A stretch of DNA of 64,000 nucleotides from Podarcis vaucheri. Lineage: Eukaryota. This document shows, one piece after another, positions 37,261 through 49,415 of this stretch; position 1 is the stretch's first letter, and every line of letters starts with the position of its first letter. Below the pieces are notes generated by a model. It was not told where the DNA came from, searched no databases, and saw only the letters and a list, made by a program, of their open reading frames with translations. The translations under genes and the position numbers were made by a program. The stretch lies in the NCBI GenBank assembly GCA_965113315.1, contig OZ220370.1; one strand, written 5' to 3'.

Positions 37261-39672
37261 ATGGCAACAGCAAAGTATCCTCAAGCTTGCAAAAGGAGAG
37301 TTTTCTTTTTATTTCTCTTTGCTAACATCTGCCAAGCCATCACCAGACAGATCCAGTACTCCATTCCTGAAGAAACTGAGAGAGGCTTTTTGGTGGGGAA
37401 TATTGCAAGGGATCTTGGACTAGACGCAAAGGAGCTCTCAGATCGTGGAATTCGCATTGTTTCCCCAGGTAGGACTCAGTATTTTGCTTTGAATTATAAG
37501 AGTGGCCATTTGCACACCACAAAGAGAATAGACAGAGAGGAGATCTGTGGTCAGGAAGAGAAATGTATTTTGAATTTTGAGATTATAGTTGAAGATTCAA
37601 TGAAAATTTATGGAGTTGAAGTGGAAGTCACAGATATCAATGACCATGCGCCCACCTTCCCGTCAGAGAAACTAGTGATAAATATCAGTGAGAATGCAGC
37701 TTTGGGGTCCCAGTTTCCCCTCTTGGAAGCTCAAGATCCTGATTTAGGAAACAATTCTCTACAGGGGTACAAACTCAGCAACAATAGCCATTTTTCTTTG
37801 ATTCTCCAAACATCAGTTAAGGGCAAACAATATGGAAAAATTGTGTTGGAAAGACCTCTGGACCATGAAAAAGAAGCAGCTCATAATCTTATCTTCACCG
37901 CATATGATGGTGGTGATCCAGTCAGGAGTGGCACTGCACAGCTGCACATTACAGTCTTGGATGCGAATGACAATGCACCCATTTTTAGCCAACGCATCTA
38001 TGAAGTGAGCGCAAGGGAGGATTTACCTCTAAGAACCATTGTGGTTACATTAAAAGCTACTGATCTGGATGAAGGGACCAACAAAGAAATGACATTTTCG
38101 TTTGCAGAAATCACGGAAAAGGCTTCCCAGATATTCCACTTAGATAAACACACAGGTGCACTAACTCTCATAGGAAGTTTAGATTATGAGGACTCTGCTC
38201 TTCATGAAATTGAGGTCCAGGTCCGTGATGGTGGAGGTCTATTGGACAGATCAACTGTCATAGTATTTGTTACTGATGTAAATGACAATGCACCCAAACT
38301 GGAAATAACTTCACTTATCAGCTCCATCCCTGAGAACTCTCCACCAGCGACTGCAATAGCCCTTCTCAATGTGCAAGATGAGGATTCGGCAGAGAATGCA
38401 GAAGTCACGTGCTCTATCCCCAGCAACCTCCCCTTTCTACTGACAAAAGCCTATGGCAACTACTACAGTTTGGTGACAGCAAGAGCCCTGGACAGAGAGC
38501 AGGTGGCAGCCTACAACATCACTGTCACAGTCACAGATCACGGGACCCCTCCACTTTCCACATCGATTGTTATTCCACTTGAGATTTTAGACACAAACGA
38601 CAACCCTCCACGCTTCCTGCAGTCCATTTATACTTCTTATTTAATGGAGAACAACCCAAGAGGGGCCTCCATATTTTCCCTGAAGGCTGATGATCCAGAC
38701 TGTGGAGAGAACTCCAGAGTCACTTATTCCATCATTGAGCACAACATCAGTGACTCCCCAGTATCTTCCTTCCTCTCCATTAACTCTGAGACTGGGATTG
38801 TCTATGGCCTGACCTCCTTTGATTATGAAGACTTTCGAGACATTCAGTTCCGTGTAAAGGCTCAGGATGGAGGTTCTCCCCCACTCAGCTCCAGCGTCTC
38901 AGTGACTCTCTTCATCCTGGACCAGAATGACAACGCTCCCCAAATCCTGTACCCCTCCCCTCCCACTGATGGTTCCACAGGGATAGAGCTGGCCCCTCGC
39001 TCCTCAGAGCCAGGCTACCTGGTCACTAAGGTGGTGGCCGTGGATGCGGACTCTGGCCAGAATGCCTGGCTCTCCTACCAGCTGATCAAGGCCACTGAGC
39101 CAGGGCTCTTCACTCTGGGGCTCCACACGGGAGAGATCAGGACGGCCCGATTCTTTCTGGAGAAAGATGCCCTCAAGCAAAGCCTGGTGGTTTTAGTCAA
39201 GGACAATGGGCAGCCACCTCTCTCTGCTTCAGCCACTCTGACTGTGGTGCTGGCTGACACCATCCCTGCAATCCTCTCAGACCTGAGCAGCATCTCAGCT
39301 CCCTTGGAGCCTCCATCTGACCTCACCTTCTACCTGGTCCTTGCAGTGGCTTTTGTCTCCTGCTTGTTCTTCATCTTCCTCCTTGTGTTACTGGCAGTTA
39401 AACTTCATAGGTGGAGATATTCACAGTCTGGAACTGAGAAGTTTAGTGGAGTTCCAGTTTCACAGTTTGTGGGGATTGACGGAGTCCGAGCATTTCTGCA
39501 CTCCTACTGCCAGGAGGTTTCTCTCACTACAGACTCTAGGAAGAGCAATTTCGGATTTCCCAAGGGAAATATTTCCAATACTATGACCAGTCACCAGCCC
39601 TGTGAGATAAATGATCCCTTTCTCATTGCTGAAGAGATTGCAAACAGTAATGGGGATTCAGCCAATATACAG
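37261..39672 (+). CDS. PCDHGA: Protocadherin gammaA-like variable exon 7
   Basis: ORF 37168-39723, ATG at 37261. [43 protein letters not shown], and the gammaA VCD motif [27 protein letters not shown]. Donor CAG|GTGAAG at 39672. Confidence 0.92.
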
Positions 39673-41581
39673 GTGAAGTCTTGCTATCAAATCAAAGGTT
39701 TTTCACTTTATATTTTCAGTTAGACATTAATGCCATTTATATTATTTGTTTTGCACTTGTTCTGAAGAAATGGAACTGGAGACATATTCTCTCATTTATA
39801 CTTGTTCTCTTCAGATAAAATGAGGTTTGGGAGTTCACATAGTTCCCTTTTTGTATATGTGGTTGTTTCTGTCGCAAGCAAATGCGTGTAGAGATAGGAG
39901 AATTGTAAACAGCTTGTCCCACAAGAGCTTAAGTGCTTAAAGAGCAACCATGAGACAAATATTAGAGATATTCATATATTTTCTTGTTCAGCAATTTTTG
40001 CATGATTGTGATGGTTATCTTGTTTAAATTGAATGCTTCTTTCAGAGCTTCTTTCTTGACCTTCTTGCCTCTTGGAAAGGTTATTTAGTTCTCAAATAAT
40101 AGCATCTGTGGAAAATCTAGGCTTCCCAAAATATTTGAACTTTTATTTACTGCCCTCTAATTCTGTGTCTGAAATAGTTTATGTCTTTACTCACATGGAT
40201 AGATCAGTTGTGTGTTTACTAAACAGGGTCAATAATCTATCTAATTAGTATTTTCCAGCCTTATGAGCAGTAGGTGGTAACTCAGGTGTTTCTCAGCCTA
40301 GTTTTATTAGATGTTTTAAAAAACTGGAGATATCAGGAATTAAACCTGTATACTAAGTAAGAACTCATCTAGTTTATTGGCCAAGTATGTGAGCTGATAG
40401 GCATGAGATCTGTAATTTGAATATTGGCTCTTGCCACAAACTTTGGTGACATTAAATGATTTATTGCATTTAAAAATGGAAATAGATCCCTTGGATGGGA
40501 CAGCAGAAGCAGAGTTGCAAGAAAAATCCTAACCCACTTCATTATTTGCACTGAGAAGACGAAAGGTCCCATTGATACTGTCTCTGCAACCATGGTCATG
40601 ATCCTGCTCCCCCAGTGACATCTATTTCCATTAAGAATGCATTTTCATTCAATGTAATAAAACATTTAAAGCCACATATACTTTTGCTCTCATTAGGCAT
40701 GTTACTTTTTCTCATTCTCAGCTGCAAATCTGTAATACCAGTGCAATAAATAACACTGGCCTAACACTCAGAAGTGCCATATAATGGCCAGGTATTGTCT
40801 CTGCCAGTGGGGAATGGCTCCCTGCTCTTTCCCTTCCATTGGTTCAGTCTCCCAGAATTTCATCATATAGAAAACAATGGTGTGTTAAATGTTTGTGTAG
40901 TAGGATATTATAACAAGGCAAATTTATTTCACATTTTGAGCAATAATATTTGGCCTCATCTGAGAGTCTAAAGAGGTCAGACAGGTATTTTAATAAGTCA
41001 ATGATGATACACAAAGCAATCCAACCCCCATTTCCACTGAGCTAGGGAACAATGGGGTTGGATTAGGCAGAGACGTCCCCCTGCCTGGCTCTCTCGGCTC
41101 AGCTGACATCACCTTCTACTTGCTGGATGTGCAGGAGCCAATGGAGAGCCCCAAATGGGGCATTCTGAGGGCAGGGGCATGGCTGAGCTGGCCCAGTAAA
41201 TGCTGTATCCTGAGCCAGTCTTGCTGCAGTCATGCAACAGACTCGGACCAGGTCATTCTGGATCTCCATATTCTGCTATGGCTAAACGGTGGGAGGGGGG
41301 TAGTTTTGATGTGTGTCCTCCTATAGTTACCTCGGGTTAGCTCAAGCCATATGTATATTTATCATCCTTGTATTTTGTATGATTTAAAAAAAAAACTTTC
41401 TGCAATATGAATGAGAGAAACTATGAGAGCAATGAAAATCTTTCAGTTCTGGATGGAGTTGGATAACTTTATAAAGAATGTCAGGCTCTTGTTGGATATG
41501 TCTGAACACGGCACAAGGCCTGTTTGCATTTCTATGATTTGTCTTAGGAGCAGCAAAGAGAGTTTCCTTGTTCGCTGAAAT

Positions 41582-42180
41582 TGCATGGGGGTGCCACACA
41601 GGACTGTTTTAGCTGTTGACAGGAAGTTACAACTCAATCTCTCCCCACCACCCAAAGCAAGCTACCTCCTAAAGACCACGGTGGCATATTTTCAATAAAA
41701 CCTGCTAACAAAATTGCTCACATCGGTCCTATTTATACCTCAGAATCAGAAGATCTCCTTTTTACACCTTAGACTTACAATTCTTTTATCACTCTGTCTC
41801 TTTTATCTGTTGACATTGGCAAGTCATTACCACTCCTTGAAGATTCGCCACTTTTTCCCTGAGGAAATGGAGGAAGGCTCTTTACTTGGAAGTATCACCA
41901 AGGATCAGCAACTACTGGTGATAAAGAAACTCTCAAACCATGAAACCACCCCACACTGTTTACCATGACAGGATTCAATTCTCTGCTTCAAATTAATGGC
42001 ACAGTTTATTTGTGCAACACAGATATGTAATATGGTGGGGGAACGTTAAATATACTGGTTATATCTGTACACAAGTATATATATTAACAATGTCACCATA
42101 TTACCAATAAAAAATGGACATGAGTATCATCTTCATGTAAGCGAAACTGCAGTCCCAGATGCAATCTCAATTTTCACAGT
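41582..42180 (+). pseudogene. Highly decayed Pcdh variable-exon relic (promoter, signal, EC1 start)
   Basis: Degenerate CSE: TGCAT at 41582 and AGCT-GTTGACA at 41611, with the 29-nt offset kept. Hydrophobic leader, then KIRHFFPEEMEEGSLLGSITKD. Downstream remnant LHVSETAVPDA resembles the start of EC2. Confidence 0.65.
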
Positions 42181-42713
42181 ACTATCTAAAAAGCCACTGA
42201 AAGTAGCTCTAGCCTCTGTGTTCCTCTGCTGTCTTCTGACCCCTTTGCTGAAGACCTTGGAGAGAGCCACTGGCCTCCTCTGGGAGCTGCAGCCTCCTCA
42301 GTCAAAGTCCTAGTGCATGAAGAAGCTACACCCATTATTGACAAGGAAGGCAAAAGAGGAATCTTCCTTTGAATATGTCTGCAAAACGCTAACTGCCATC
42401 TCTGCCCACATCTACCATGAACTGAGGTTACTGAGAAGAGTAGCAGGGAAAAGAGAGCCCATTCTTCACTTTGTTGCTGAAGAGAACTGAGTGAAGTGGG
42501 GGGGAATTATCCATAAGTTTATCCACACCTAGTATCTCAAAGGGCCTTCTATTGCATTTAAAAAGGGATAGTTTGTGCTTCTTTTGCATGTATGTGTAAG
42601 GGGAATAATGAAAATCTGCCAGAGCCACCGATCCCATTTTGAAAGGGAGCTGGATTGAGGCCACTTAGAAAATAAATGAAATCTATTCATAACCAAACAT
42701 TATGAGTGTAGTT

Positions 42714-42887
42714 ACAGGTAGGTATATTGGTCTGCCGTAGTCAAAACAAAATTTAAAAAATCCTTCCAGTAGCACCTTAGAGACCCATTAAGTTTGTTAT
42801 TGGTATGAGCTTTCATGTGCATGCACAAAGAAGTGTGCATGCACACGAAAACTCATATCAATAACAAACTTACCGTAGTTGGTCTCT
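42714..42887. mobile_element. Penelope-like element-derived hairpin insertion
   Basis: About 50-bp inverted arms (AGAGACC..TAAGTTTGTTATTGGTATGAGCTTTCATGTGCATGCAC / GTGCATGCACACGAAAACTCATATCAATAACAAACTTA..GGTCTCT). Perfect 15-bp flanking duplication ATTATGAGTGTAGTT (42699-42713, 42888-42902). Confidence 0.75.
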
Positions 42888-43130
42888 ATTATGAGTGTAG
42901 TTTGTTTTATTTTTGTTTTATTTATATTGCTTTTTTGGACCTGTACCCCACCCTGGAAGCCTTTGTTGCTGAAGGTGTGGACAATAAAAGTAATATGCTA
43001 AACAAAGGTGAAACAAGGAAAAACTTTTTCAAATGCTCCACTTGCAATTGGCTAAAGAAAAAGTTCACATTGTGGAAACGTGCATTATTTTAGCTCCATC
43101 TTTCTCTGTTATGGTGAACATGGTTTTCCT

Positions 43131-43171
43131 TGCAGTTCCTTGAGTGGTCCTCTAAGTGTCAGTGTTGGCCA
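43131..43171 (+). promoter_or_regulatory. CSE/CTCF-type site of exon 8 (core CAGT)
   Basis: TGCAG at 43131, core at 43160. Identical to exons 3 and 5. Confidence 0.78.
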
Positions 43172-43443
43172 GTATGAGAGCCAGAGAGAGGATAGAGATC
43201 CATTGATGCTTCCTAGACTGCAGTAACTCCCATCCCTGCTATTCAGAGCAGGCCAACTGAAGAGCACAGAGACAGGAGACTCTTGCAGAGAAGGAAAAAT
43301 CTCTTTTGCTTTGCACACCTATAAGAACAAGGGAAATTTATTCTTCCTCAGTGATACCTCATGTTGTTTCCTTCATCACTGTGAGAGCTTGAGCATAGGA
43401 AACTGAGAAAAGGAAGCAGCCTGTTTTTGAGAGAACCAGCCAG

Positions 43444-45850
43444 ATGGAGAGAAGGCACCCAGGGAATGGCAGGGCACTCACAAGGCAAGTACTGCTTCTC
43501 TCTCTCTTGTCTTTTACCTGTTGGGCTGCATCAGAGCAGATTCATTATTCAACCCCTGAGGAGATGGCAAAGGGTTCCGTTGTGGGGAACCTCGCCAAGG
43601 ACCTGGGACTGAGCGCCAAAGAACTAAAACATCGCAATCTGCACACTGTGTCTGTGGCTAAAATGCAGCATTTCAGTATCAATGCAGAGAATGGAAACCT
43701 CTATGTAAATGACAGGATTGATAGGGAGGGGATATGTAGCAAAAATCCACTTTGTTCAGTTTGAAGTTGTAGTAGAAAACCCGCTGAATGTTTTCCATGT
43801 GCTAGTGGAAATCCAGGATGTTAATGATAATGCGCCCCAGTTCCTGAATAGCAATATCAGTTTAGAGATCCTTGAATCCACTCTGCTAGGTACACAGTTT
43901 CTCCTTGGGAAGGCGGAAGATCCTGACATTGGGATGAACTCACTCCAGGATTACCAGCTGAGCTCCAATCAGTACTTCACATTGGAAGTTAGAGAGAGAA
44001 AAGATGGAAATAGTTATGCAGAATTAGTGCTAAATAAACCACTGGATCGGGAAAATGAACAGACCCTTCACTTAATCCTTACAGCCTTGGATGGGGGTCA
44101 GCCTAGGAAAACTGGAACAGCCCAGATACGGATTAATGTTACTGATGTCAATGACAACCGACCTGTTTTCACTCAAGAGGTGTACAAGGTCAGTTTGAGG
44201 GAGAATACTCCCCTTGGATCTCCTGTGCTTCAGGTTTCAGCCTCAGATAAAGATGAAGGTACAAATGCCCAAATCAGGTATCATTTCAGCAATATACCAG
44301 CAAATGTCCAATTGAAATTCAGACTGGATCCAATCAACGGTATAATCACTCTTATAGATCCGTTGGACTTTGAGGAAACTGAAAAATATACAATGATGGT
44401 TACAGCAAAAGATGGTGGCGGATTGTTGACACATTGCAATATTGAAATAACTGTGCTTGATGAGAATGATAATGCCCCAGAAGTGACATTAGCCTCCATG
44501 TTCAGTCCTGTTCCTGAAAATTCTCTGCCAGGAACAGTTATTGCTCTGATCAATGTAAATGACAAAGATAGTGGTGATAATGGAAAGGTTACTTGCTACT
44601 TAAACAATGATTTACCCTTCAAAGTTCTTCCCTCATCTAACAATTACTTCAAACTCCAGACAGACAGTCCTTTGGACAGAGAAATAGCTCCTGCATACAA
44701 TATTACAATCACAGCCACTGATAGAGGAACTCCACCTCTTTCCACACACAAAACAATCTCACTACAGATCTCAGATATCAATGATAATGCCCCTGCTTTT
44801 CAGAGATCAACCTACAGCATCTATGTGCTAGAAAACAATCCTTCAGGTGCCTCCATTTTCACCATCAAAGCCTCAGATCCCGATATGGACCAGAACTCAC
44901 GAATCACTTACTCCATCCTCAACAGCAACATTGAGGAGCTTCCCATCTCCTCCTATATCTCCATTAATTCTGAGACTGGCACCATCTATGCCCAGAGATC
45001 CTTTGACTATGAACAATTCAGAGAGTTCCGGCTGCAAGTGAAGGCCCAAGATGGGGGTTCTCCCCCTCTCAGCAGCAATGTGACCGTCAGGGTGTTTGTT
45101 CTTGACAGGAATGATAACAGCCCTCGTATCCTGTCCCCCTCACAAGAAGCCAAGGGCTCAGCCTTGTTTGAGATGGTGCCTCGTTCGGCTGAGGCAGATT
45201 ATCTTGTCACCAAGGTGGTGGCCGTGGATGCAGATTCTGGACACAACGCCTGGCTCTCCTACCACCTGACTCAGGCCACTGAGCCGGCACTCTTCGCGGT
45301 TGGTTCTCATACTGGAGAGATCAGGACCGCCAGGGCCTTTGTGGAGAGAGACGCTGTGAAACAGAGACTGGTCATTATGGTGAAGGATAACGGGCAGCCG
45401 TCTCTCTCGGCCACCATGACTCTGAACCTAGTGTTTGCTGAGAACTTTCAGGAGGCCCTTCCGGAAATGAAGAGCCAACCCAGCAGCTCGGAGTATCAGT
45501 CTGACCTGCAGTTCTACTTGGTGCTGGCCTTAGCTGTGATCTCCTTCTTGTTCCTCTTGACTGTCATTCTGGCCGTTACAATGAAGCTCCGTCACTCAGG
45601 GCATCCCAGGTTCCTACAGTGCTTTGGTCCTGTTCACCATTCCAAGAATGGCGCCATCTTCCCACCCAGCTTTGAAGATGGGACTTTGCCCTATTCCTAC
45701 CAGCTGTGTCTGTCTTCTGAGTCCAGGAAGAATGAGTTTGCCTTCCTGACACCCAATGTTCAGATGGTAGACAATATTATTGGCAGTGAAAAACCTTTTA
45801 CAGGCAACGGAGGAAGCAATTTAATTTCTGAGATGGCAAGTGATGATAAG
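43444..45850 (+). pseudogene. PCDHGB: Pcdh gammaB-like exon 8 (type A), frameshifted in EC1
   Basis: One unit of CTTTG-CTTTG (present in exon 5) is missing at ~43750, giving a stop at 43762-43764. The remainder is open in another frame (43709-45892). Donor AAG|GTAGGG at 45850. Confidence 0.85.
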
Positions 45851-47135
45851 GTAGGGTTTATTCCAGAAGATTTTTCATTGCACGCTGCATGATCTTTTAC
45901 CATAACTGACACTGAAACATTATATGGAGGAGGAGAATTCATTTTCTCTGACATATATGTTTACTGAAAAATGAGTTATTTAAATCTGGAAAGCAGTAGC
46001 TCAGCCTTATTTATTGGGCCCCTCATGAACCATCTACTGATTTATGCATGATAAAAGAGTAAGGTTTACAGTGTCAAGGCAAAAATATCTAAGCATTGGA
46101 TCCAAGTAGCTTTGCTTTACTCAGTTGGACTACTAAACCAGTTCTGTGGTATTTATGACGTTGGAAGTTTACAGTAGGATCCCATGCATGTCTACTCAAA
46201 AGGAACTCCAGGTGAAGTGAACATGTATAAGACTGCAGTCTTAGTGTCTTGGACTTTCAAAGTAATGATGTCCATAAGGAGTAGCTTTATTGAGGTTTCC
46301 AGAAGTAGTGTGCAGAAGTGCTGAACGATTTAAGAATAATTATATTTAGGATGCATCTGTCTGCAAGCTTCTTGCTTGCTTCCACTCCTCTTTCCTGCCA
46401 TATCCTCAGGTGCACACAAATGGCAATGTGCTGGCCATCATTTTATGTGTGGCTTTGCCTTCTCCTGCCCTCTCTCTTCTCCCATCACCCAGCCTTCAAA
46501 TTAGCTAAGCTCTATAGAGCAGCTAGTTGTAAGCTGGAGCTCTGGGGGCTGGAAAAGTATAGGGGAAGTTTTTCAGGGATTCCCATCAAAAGTAATGACC
46601 AGCATGCTGCTTTAGCTGCAAACTGGCAATTTCTTTCTTCATTTGCAGTTGCTTCCTCATTTGGGGCAGGGGTTGGGCTTTGCCATTTTTCCGTGTTGTA
46701 GGGCCAAGCTGATCTCTTAAATACTGTTTATTAGGACAACTGGGGAGGGGAGAGGAGAAGAAACATAAGCATTGGATGCAACCCAAACATATTTGTTATG
46801 GTATAAACTTTAGTGGACTCAAGTCATTGGGACTGGAAATATTCATTGAAGAGTGTGCTATAAATACTGTAAATCAAAATAAGGCTAAATGTAAGAGTGA
46901 GAACAAAAACACCACATTGTGATTCCATTTTCTGATACATCTCATCTATACCGGAAGTTCTATTTATGGCATAGTGCCATTAAATTATAATTTTGTTTTA
47001 CAATTTTTCATTCTATTGCCATTCTTCTATTTGCACTTTGTCAACTATTCTTCTCCTTGAAATACTCAGTCCACCCAATCTATCTCTGTTCCATTCATTT
47101 GTTTCTTGTGGTCCTCTTATCATTTTTTTATCTTC

Positions 47136-47289
47136 CTGGGTTGCCATATTTTGAATAGAAAAAAGAGGACACATTTACTAACCTCTACTTTTAACTAATG
47201 TTTTAATGTATGTAAAATGACGACTCTCATTTTACATACCCATGAAAAAGAGGACATGTCCTGGCAAAAGAGGACATATGGCAACCCTA
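47136..47289. mobile_element. hAT-like MITE
   Basis: TIRs GGGTTGCCATAT / ATATGGCAACCC, three subterminal AAAAGAGGACA repeats, and an internal perfect hairpin TATGTAAAATGA-n6-TCATTTTACATA. Confidence 0.75.
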
Positions 47290-48292
47290 TGACATGGATT
47301 CAATTTTATTTCTTTTATTTCTTTGTTGCATCCTCCTAGGTTTCTGTGTAGACCATCTACAACTGTTTCCTTTTAAAGCCTGTCTTTAAAACCCTGCTCA
47401 AACCTGTCATTTGGTTGGATTTGCAATTGTTCTCCAGATGCGTTCCAGACTTACTGTAGCAATTTTTGCATACAACTCGAATGCACTGTGACAAAACTTA
47501 GCATTTTTATGGCAGCAAAATATCAGGTCACATGATTACTACACCCATCCTATTCCGGGAATCAGAGGCAACATCAAACCAATGAAACCACCATCTCATC
47601 CCAATCCTGGCCATTCTCTCATAGCAGATACTTAAGAGCATTTAACATAAACGTGTTGCCCCCTAAACACACTTTCAGAGTTGTAATCTAAAAATGCTCT
47701 CTTATACATTCCTTCTCTGTGTTACTTATAGTGAGGATCTTAATTTATCAGTGCTTATGAGTAAAGAAGTAGGATTAACTGATTAACTAACCAGAAGCAG
47801 CAGGTTATATGGTGCAAGCATAGGTTTCTGTGTTTTTAGGAGATGTGTATATAAGGGAGTATTGTGGCCTGAGAAGGTGCTCTTTCCTCTCACAATTCCA
47901 CCCCTCCTGATCATCAAGAGAATGAATTCCATGCAATGTATCTGGGCCACTCTACTTTCTGTGTTGCTCCCACCAGTGTTCCCCCACTGAATCAAAATAT
48001 CATATTGTAGGAAATAGAGAAAGCAAACTAATCTAAGGCAATGTACCTCAGACTTAAAGACTCCTTAATAGATTGTTTTATAACTTTTTTCATGAAAATA
48101 TCCAAAGAGTGATACGGCACAATGTTCTATACAATGTCTGAATTGCTCCTACAACTGGAAAGTTTCTTCTAATGTTCACCATAAATCTCTCTTCTGGCGC
48201 TGAACCTTCTTTTTTTCTAACATAGTTTTGAAATTTGACTTTGTTTCCTCTCTCTATCTTTGTTTCTCTAAGTTAGCACAGACAGTTCCATC

Positions 48293-48480
48293 ATCTGCTC
48301 CTCCGTCTGACCTCACCTTCTACCTGGCCCTTGCAGTGGCTTTTGTCTCCTGCTTGTTCTTCATCTTCCTCCTTGTGTTACTGGCCATCAGGTTGCACTG
48401 ATGGAGAAATTCTCACCTGGTTGAGTTGGGGAGTGTGAATTTCAGTGGCGCTCCCATCTCACAGTTTGTGGGGATCAATG
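48293..48480 (+). pseudogene. Isolated gammaA-type TM/VCD relic
   Basis: CCTCCGTCTGACCTCACCTTCTACCTGGCCCTTGCAGTGGC...GTGTTACTGGC is nearly identical to exon 7 at 39310-39395. In-frame TGA after the TM; ends at SQFVGIN. Confidence 0.85.
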
Positions 48481-49156
48481 CATTGGTGATAGATGTAGTA
48501 TAAATGTTTTCAACTTTGCCATATTGGCAAGCTGTTGTATCCTCTGCATATGCATCTACATGCCTAATTGTTAGCGGCACATTTCCTCCCTTATTTGGAA
48601 AATGTACTGAAACATTGTTGTGAGTAGTCAAAGTCAAAAAAATCTACTGGTCTTGAGGGAAGAGTTTCAGAAAATTGCCCATTGGCATCAAACATTTCAG
48701 GTACAAGAATCCCATGAACACAGACCATCTTTACTGGACTGAATCTACAAAAAAGTGATCCTTTCCTGTTTTTTTCAAAAAAATACTTTTTTACAAATAC
48801 CTTTTTTAAAGAAATAAGGAGTGTGGATATATATATTTTTAAAGCAATTATTATTTCAAAAAAGAAGGCAATATAAGGGATGAAAATCCAGAACTTTCAT
48901 CTAATTAAAATATAATATTTTATGTATATAAAGTGATTTTCTTGCAAATGGCCTGTGAGGGATATTTTGTTGAAAACATTAAAATTGTGAAGGGGTTGTA
49001 CACATCCATCAATATGGTCAAGAACTTAGTACTGTAATACATAACACAATTCCTTTTAGTCACTAAATGTTGCTTTCAAAGTATTAAAATGTTTTTTTAT
49101 GGAGAGGGAAAGCATATATTTCAGTTCTTCCGGTTTATTCTTGGAGCTGATTCACT

Positions 49157-49199
49157 TGCAGTTCTTCAGTTGGAACTCACAGTGCCGCTGTTGGCCAAT
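49157..49199 (+). promoter_or_regulatory. CSE/CTCF-type site of exon 9 (CGCT), followed by CCAAT
   Basis: TGCAG at 49157; GTGC-CGCT-GTTGGCCAAT with core at 49186. Confidence 0.88.
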
Positions 49200-49415
49200 T
49201 TGGGAATCAAAGAGCTATTAGGGATCCGCTGTCAGATTGCTACTTACCAGCTGCAGAAAGAACAGACTACAAAGACCTGCCTGCTGTTACTGAGATGAGG
49301 AAACAAATGTGATACAAGCAAACTGAGAGGGAAATCAAAGGAATCAACTTATTCTTCTGAATACCTGTATTTTGGACAAAAATATATATTAGCTCACCTG
49401 CTCATTAGCAGAAGA

